Shown here: positions 38,523 to 41,208 of the stretch, piece after piece
Position numbering within the stretch: the first letter of the stretch is position 1
Layout: every line of letters begins with the position of its first letter
Assembly (NCBI GenBank): GCA_964447985.1
Contig: CAYUVE010000001.1
Location: forward strand, 1-41,208
Length of the DNA stretch: 41,208 bases
Direction of reading: 5' to 3'
DNA from: an uncultured Thiotrichales bacterium
Lineage (GTDB): Bacteria; Pseudomonadota; Gammaproteobacteria; GCA-2400775
Program-made: the position numbers and the translations under genes
Notes under the pieces: generated by a model
Databases searched by the model: none
What the model saw: only the letters and a program-made list of their open reading frames with translations
Told to the model about the DNA's origin: nothing

Positions 38523-39320
38523 ATGACGAGCAGATTTACGACAATCGATCTTTCAAACTTTAATTTAAAAAGTGGTGAACTAATCGATACGCTTGAGTCT
38601 GATGGCGAGTACATTGAAGTGCGCGAAATAAACGGTATTCGCTGGTTTCATTTTAGCAGCCCTGCTATTCAATCTGCGATGGTGATTAAGCGACCAGAGC
38701 AACTTATTTTGCCTTACTCTAAAACCTTGCTAGCAACATTCATGTTTCAGCAATCACCAAATAAAGTGCTCAGCCTTGGCCTCGGCGGCGGAGCCATGGA
38801 GCGGTTTTTCAAACACAAGCTGCCACAAGTTTCGGTGCGCTCTATCGAGCTCAGCCCATTAGTCATCAAGGTATGTCGCAAATACTTTAATATTAGTCAC
38901 GAAGAATACGATGTCATCTGCAATGATGCCGAAGTCTATCTTGCTCATAATCGTGAAATCTACGAGACGATTTATTGCGATATCTTCGGTCAAGATGGCA
39001 CACCAGATTGCTTAACTAAAACTTCTTTTTATCAGAATTTGTCTAAGGCATTATCTGATGATGGCATTGCCGCCATCAATCTCATTATGAAAGACGGTGC
39101 TGAGCTACTCAAAATTCTACAAGCTGTCTATCCACACTTCGACACCATGGCTTTATTAGATGTACCAGAAGATAAAAACATTATTTTATTTCTATCAAAA
39201 CGGCCACCCACTCCTATTAGCGAACAAGATATCGACAAGTTAGCCAAAACTTTTGATGTAGACATGCCCTTATTACAAAAACTGATGCGGTTTATTCCAA
39301 ACCCAAAAAACCAGCGCTGA
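38523..39320 (+). CDS. Spermidine-synthase-like class I SAM-dependent methyltransferase-fold protein
   Basis: Glycine-rich SAM-binding loop VLSLGLGGGAM, followed by SIELSP and CDIF acidic positions at spermidine-synthase-like spacing. Confidence 0.6.
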   Translation: MTSRFTTIDLSNFNLKSGELIDTLESDGEYIEVREINGIRWFHFSSPAIQSAMVIKRPEQLILPYSKTLLATFMFQQSPNKVLSLGLGGGAMERFFKHKLPQVSVRSIELSPLVIKVCRKYFNISHEEYDVICNDAEVYLAHNREIYETIYCDIFGQDGTPDCLTKTSFYQNLSKALSDDGIAAINLIMKDGAELLKILQAVYPHFDTMALLDVPEDKNIILFLSKRPPTPISEQDIDKLAKTFDVDMPLLQKLMRFIPNPKNQR

Positions 39321-39324
39321 TGTT

Positions 39325-39546
39325 GTGGTAGAAGACATTGCAGGCGGGCTCTTTAAATTTATTGGTCGCCTATTATCAGGCATACTTATTGGGCTTATTC
39401 TCGAGCTACTAATCAAAGGAGCTGGCCGACTTGTATGTAAACCATTCACGAAAATTGATTCAAAATCCGACGGGGTTTTAGTCACGGTAGTAGGCCTACT
39501 ATTTTGGATCATATTGTTTGCAAGCGTACTGATTGTATTCCGCTAA
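39325..39546 (+). CDS. Hypothetical small two-TM membrane protein (73 aa)
   Basis: Two clear hydrophobic helices. The GTG start lies 4 nt after the preceding stop, with no obvious SD. An antisense 79-aa ORF covers the same DNA, but its composition is low-complexity Ser/Pro/Thr. Confidence 0.4.
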   Translation: MVEDIAGGLFKFIGRLLSGILIGLILELLIKGAGRLVCKPFTKIDSKSDGVLVTVVGLLFWIILFASVLIVFR

Positions 39547-39550
39547 GACG

Positions 39551-40237
39551 CTAGCTCACCATTACACGCTGCTGCAGCCAAATAATAGATGGATAAGCAG
39601 CTAACCAAATCCAGAAAAATCGGTTTAATCCAAAAATACAGGCATTAGTAAAATGAAATGTCGCGGCGACTAACAATGCAATAACCAAACTAACTTGTGA
39701 AAACAAAGATAGAGGAAACAACAACTCAAACAACATTACTGCCCAAGACATCAACAATAATAACTTTGGAGAATCGACAAAACCTCTAAGCGATTCACTT
39801 ACAGGGTATGCAGAGAACCGAAATACATCGCGCAAAGCTCGGCCATTACGCCATTCAGGGTTAACGATCTTGACCCAACCAGAAATAAAATAAGACAAAA
39901 CCAACTGTATGGCTAAATAGCCAAAAGCGATTTCTTGCCAATAGAGTGATGGCACAAAATGTGACAATGTTAGGCAAACCAGTACTAATAAGCCCATACG
40001 ATCAGCGCCACCGTTATAAGGCCCTTGAAATCGATTGAGGATAAATAACGCTAATATAAATAGTGCTAATAATATCCACGGTGTTTGAAAACCGACTATC
40101 AGCAAACCGGACAAAACAATACGGATTGAGAATAATAGCCGTTCGTTTGTAAAACCCTTTAAATGCTCAATGCTTTGCAATATGAAAGCGAAGCCTAGCA
40201 ATATCTCTGTTAAGCGCAGCGCGTAGTCTAAGCTCAT
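39551..40237 (-). CDS. HTTM-domain (vitamin-K-carboxylase-like / SdpB-like) membrane protein
   Basis: Polytopic. It has the HTTM-like landmarks YNGGADRMGLLVLV, IQLVLSYFISGWVKIVNPEWRNGRAL and FELLFPLSLF...FHFTNACIFGLNRFFW. Confidence 0.55.
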   Translation of the reverse strand: MSLDYALRLTEILLGFAFILQSIEHLKGFTNERLLFSIRIVLSGLLIVGFQTPWILLALFILALFILNRFQGPYNGGADRMGLLVLVCLTLSHFVPSLYWQEIAFGYLAIQLVLSYFISGWVKIVNPEWRNGRALRDVFRFSAYPVSESLRGFVDSPKLLLLMSWAVMLFELLFPLSLFSQVSLVIALLVAATFHFTNACIFGLNRFFWIWLAAYPSIIWLQQRVMVS

Positions 40238-40247
40238 GGCATCCAGC

Positions 40248-40670
40248 CTAATCTAATACCGCGCTAATGGGTTCAATTCGAGAATGAAAAACGATTTCTT
40301 GTTGTAATGACTCCTCTACGCGTTGAATCACTATGAGACGAAACTGGATATAGCCTGCTTCACCATCTAGCTCGCGAACAATCCGCTTTAAAATCTCATC
40401 TTCACTATGCTGAGTCGGAGCCTCTATAATCCGCTCAGCACAACTGACCATAAATAGAGACTCATTCCAATCAGGGTTCCACACCATACGCCGTAGCATT
40501 TTTGGAAAAGAAACACTATCAGGTCGTGGTCGAAATTCAATCCACTCAGTTGGCTGATCATTTTTACCATTCAAGACGGCATAATAAATTCGCGGCGACG
40601 GCGCGATAAAATCAAAAAAACGCCAGGAGGGAGCTAGAGCCGGAAGAAGCAGCTTAAATGTATTAAACAT
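40248..40670 (-). CDS. Hypothetical 140-aa protein, possibly SdpA/DUF5819-like partner of the HTTM protein
   Basis: The stop lies 10 nt upstream of the HTTM gene. The N-terminal APSWRFFDFIAPSPRIYYAV resembles the W-x-F-F...P motif I associate with proteins encoded next to HTTM/SdpB genes. This rests on recollection only. Confidence 0.3.
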   Translation of the reverse strand: MFNTFKLLLPALAPSWRFFDFIAPSPRIYYAVLNGKNDQPTEWIEFRPRPDSVSFPKMLRRMVWNPDWNESLFMVSCAERIIEAPTQHSEDEILKRIVRELDGEAGYIQFRLIVIQRVEESLQQEIVFHSRIEPISAVLD

Positions 40671-40702
40671 TTTAATATTCTACTGCCGTTTAATTAAATC
40701 TA

Positions 40703-41125
40703 CTATTTCCTAGAATAAATAAAAAGCCCTGCCCCTATTGAACAAAATACTAAACCTAATATTGTCCTTACCAAGAAGCCAAGCCATGTTGATCTAAACG
40801 AATTTTCTATCGCATTGCCAGGCTCATTTGACAAGTAAGACAAGGTTACTTGGTCTCCTAACCGATAACTTTCGTTAATTAACTGAACTTCGTATTTCTC
40901 ACCATTTACCGAATAAGCAACAATAGGCCAATTCGCCACACGTTGGCGTCTATTATTTTTTCCGGATCGCACCAGCTCTGATTTGTTACCAACAACTGTT
41001 GCCGTTACATTATCGCCAAAAATAAAATGCTTGGCACCTAAATAGCCTTTGCCAAGACCAAAATACAAGATAACCATTCCACCAACGAAAAATACTAAGC
41101 AAAACACTATCTCAGCTAATTTCAT
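40703..41125 (-). CDS. DUF3592-domain membrane protein
   Basis: Architecture is an N-terminal TM, a ~90-aa beta-rich segment (VTATVVGNKSE...WPIVAYSVNGEKYEV...GDQVTLSYLSNEP) and a C-terminal TM, as is typical of DUF3592. Confidence 0.6.
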   Translation of the reverse strand: MKLAEIVFCLVFFVGGMVILYFGLGKGYLGAKHFIFGDNVTATVVGNKSELVRSGKNNRRQRVANWPIVAYSVNGEKYEVQLINESYRLGDQVTLSYLSNEPGNAIENSFRSTWLGFLVRTILGLVFCSIGAGLFIYSRK

Positions 41126-41137
41126 AGTAACTACTAG

Positions 41138-41208
41138 TTAATCCACACTAACCGTACGACTCTCTGCCCAGCTACGCAAACGACTAATCTGCTCTGACAT
41201 TAACACTG
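41138..41208 (-). CDS. 3' end of an unidentified CDS running off the window
   Basis: The minus-strand frame is open from the window edge to the TAA at 41138-41140 (...VLMSEQISRLRSWAESRTVSVD*). It is too short to assign. Confidence 0.3.
   Translation of the reverse strand, partial: VLMSEQISRLRSWAESRTVSVD

Noticed and set aside
39273-39512. A 79-aa minus-strand ORF immediately downstream of the HTTM gene, in the position where an SdpC-like substrate gene would sit.
   Set aside because: The translation is Ser/Pro/Thr-rich low complexity, with no signal peptide or SD. It is the antisense of a plausible two-TM protein and runs into the 3' end of the methyltransferase-like gene. It is worth re-examining only if the SdpAB-like hypothesis is confirmed.
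1-41208. Window-wide search for CRISPR arrays, tRNA or rRNA genes, IS elements, integrases, prophage genes, toxin-antitoxin pairs and classical defence-system enzymes (nucleases, helicases, TIR, SIR2, methyltransferase-restriction pairs).
   Set aside because: None was found. Non-coding gaps are all about 270 bp or shorter, and no ORF shows the corresponding motifs. The window reads as chromosomal backbone with a few accessory insertions, not as a defence island.

Overview
This is a gene-dense chromosomal segment that looks gammaproteobacterial, probably from a marine Oceanospirillales- or Alteromonadales-like organism. It is moderately AT-rich by eye. I saw no rRNA, tRNA, CRISPR array, transposase, integrase or phage genes. 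The conserved core is lptD-surA-pdxA-rsmA at 29.7-35.1 kb. Around it are: a 5'-truncated AraC regulator; a PAS-GAF-GGDEF-EAL protein; a methyl-accepting chemotaxis protein; a MoxR/DUF58/TgpA transglutaminase operon; bioA translationally coupled to an XRE-type regulator; a divergent PspA-family gene coupled to a large polytopic membrane protein; an EamA/DMT transporter; an EAL protein with a C-terminal Cache-like region; yqhA; two separate RND efflux pairs (adaptor plus permease) with no outer-membrane factor; an orphan 593-aa protein followed by a pentapeptide-repeat protein; an AmgK-like kinase; a lipoprotein alpha/beta hydrolase; a DUF218 protein; a SulP/STAS transporter; a spermidine-synthase-like methyltransferase; and a more AT-rich 3' end encoding DUF3592, a 140-aa hypothetical protein and an HTTM-domain membrane protein. 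I did not find a canonical defence system or mobile element. The observations most worth following up are: (1) a perfect 39-bp in-frame tandem duplication in the catalytic core of the EAL gene; (2) a possible SdpA/SdpB-like peptide-maturation pair at the 3' end; (3) an unconventional XRE / PspA / polytopic-membrane-protein module lacking pspBC and pspF; (4) an RND pair inserted between lptD and an amgK-like kinase; (5) the orphan 593-aa protein with a pentapeptide-repeat partner; and (6) an unannotated 29-aa hydrophobic ORF with a strong Shine-Dalgarno. All family calls come from motif recognition by eye. No database search was run.
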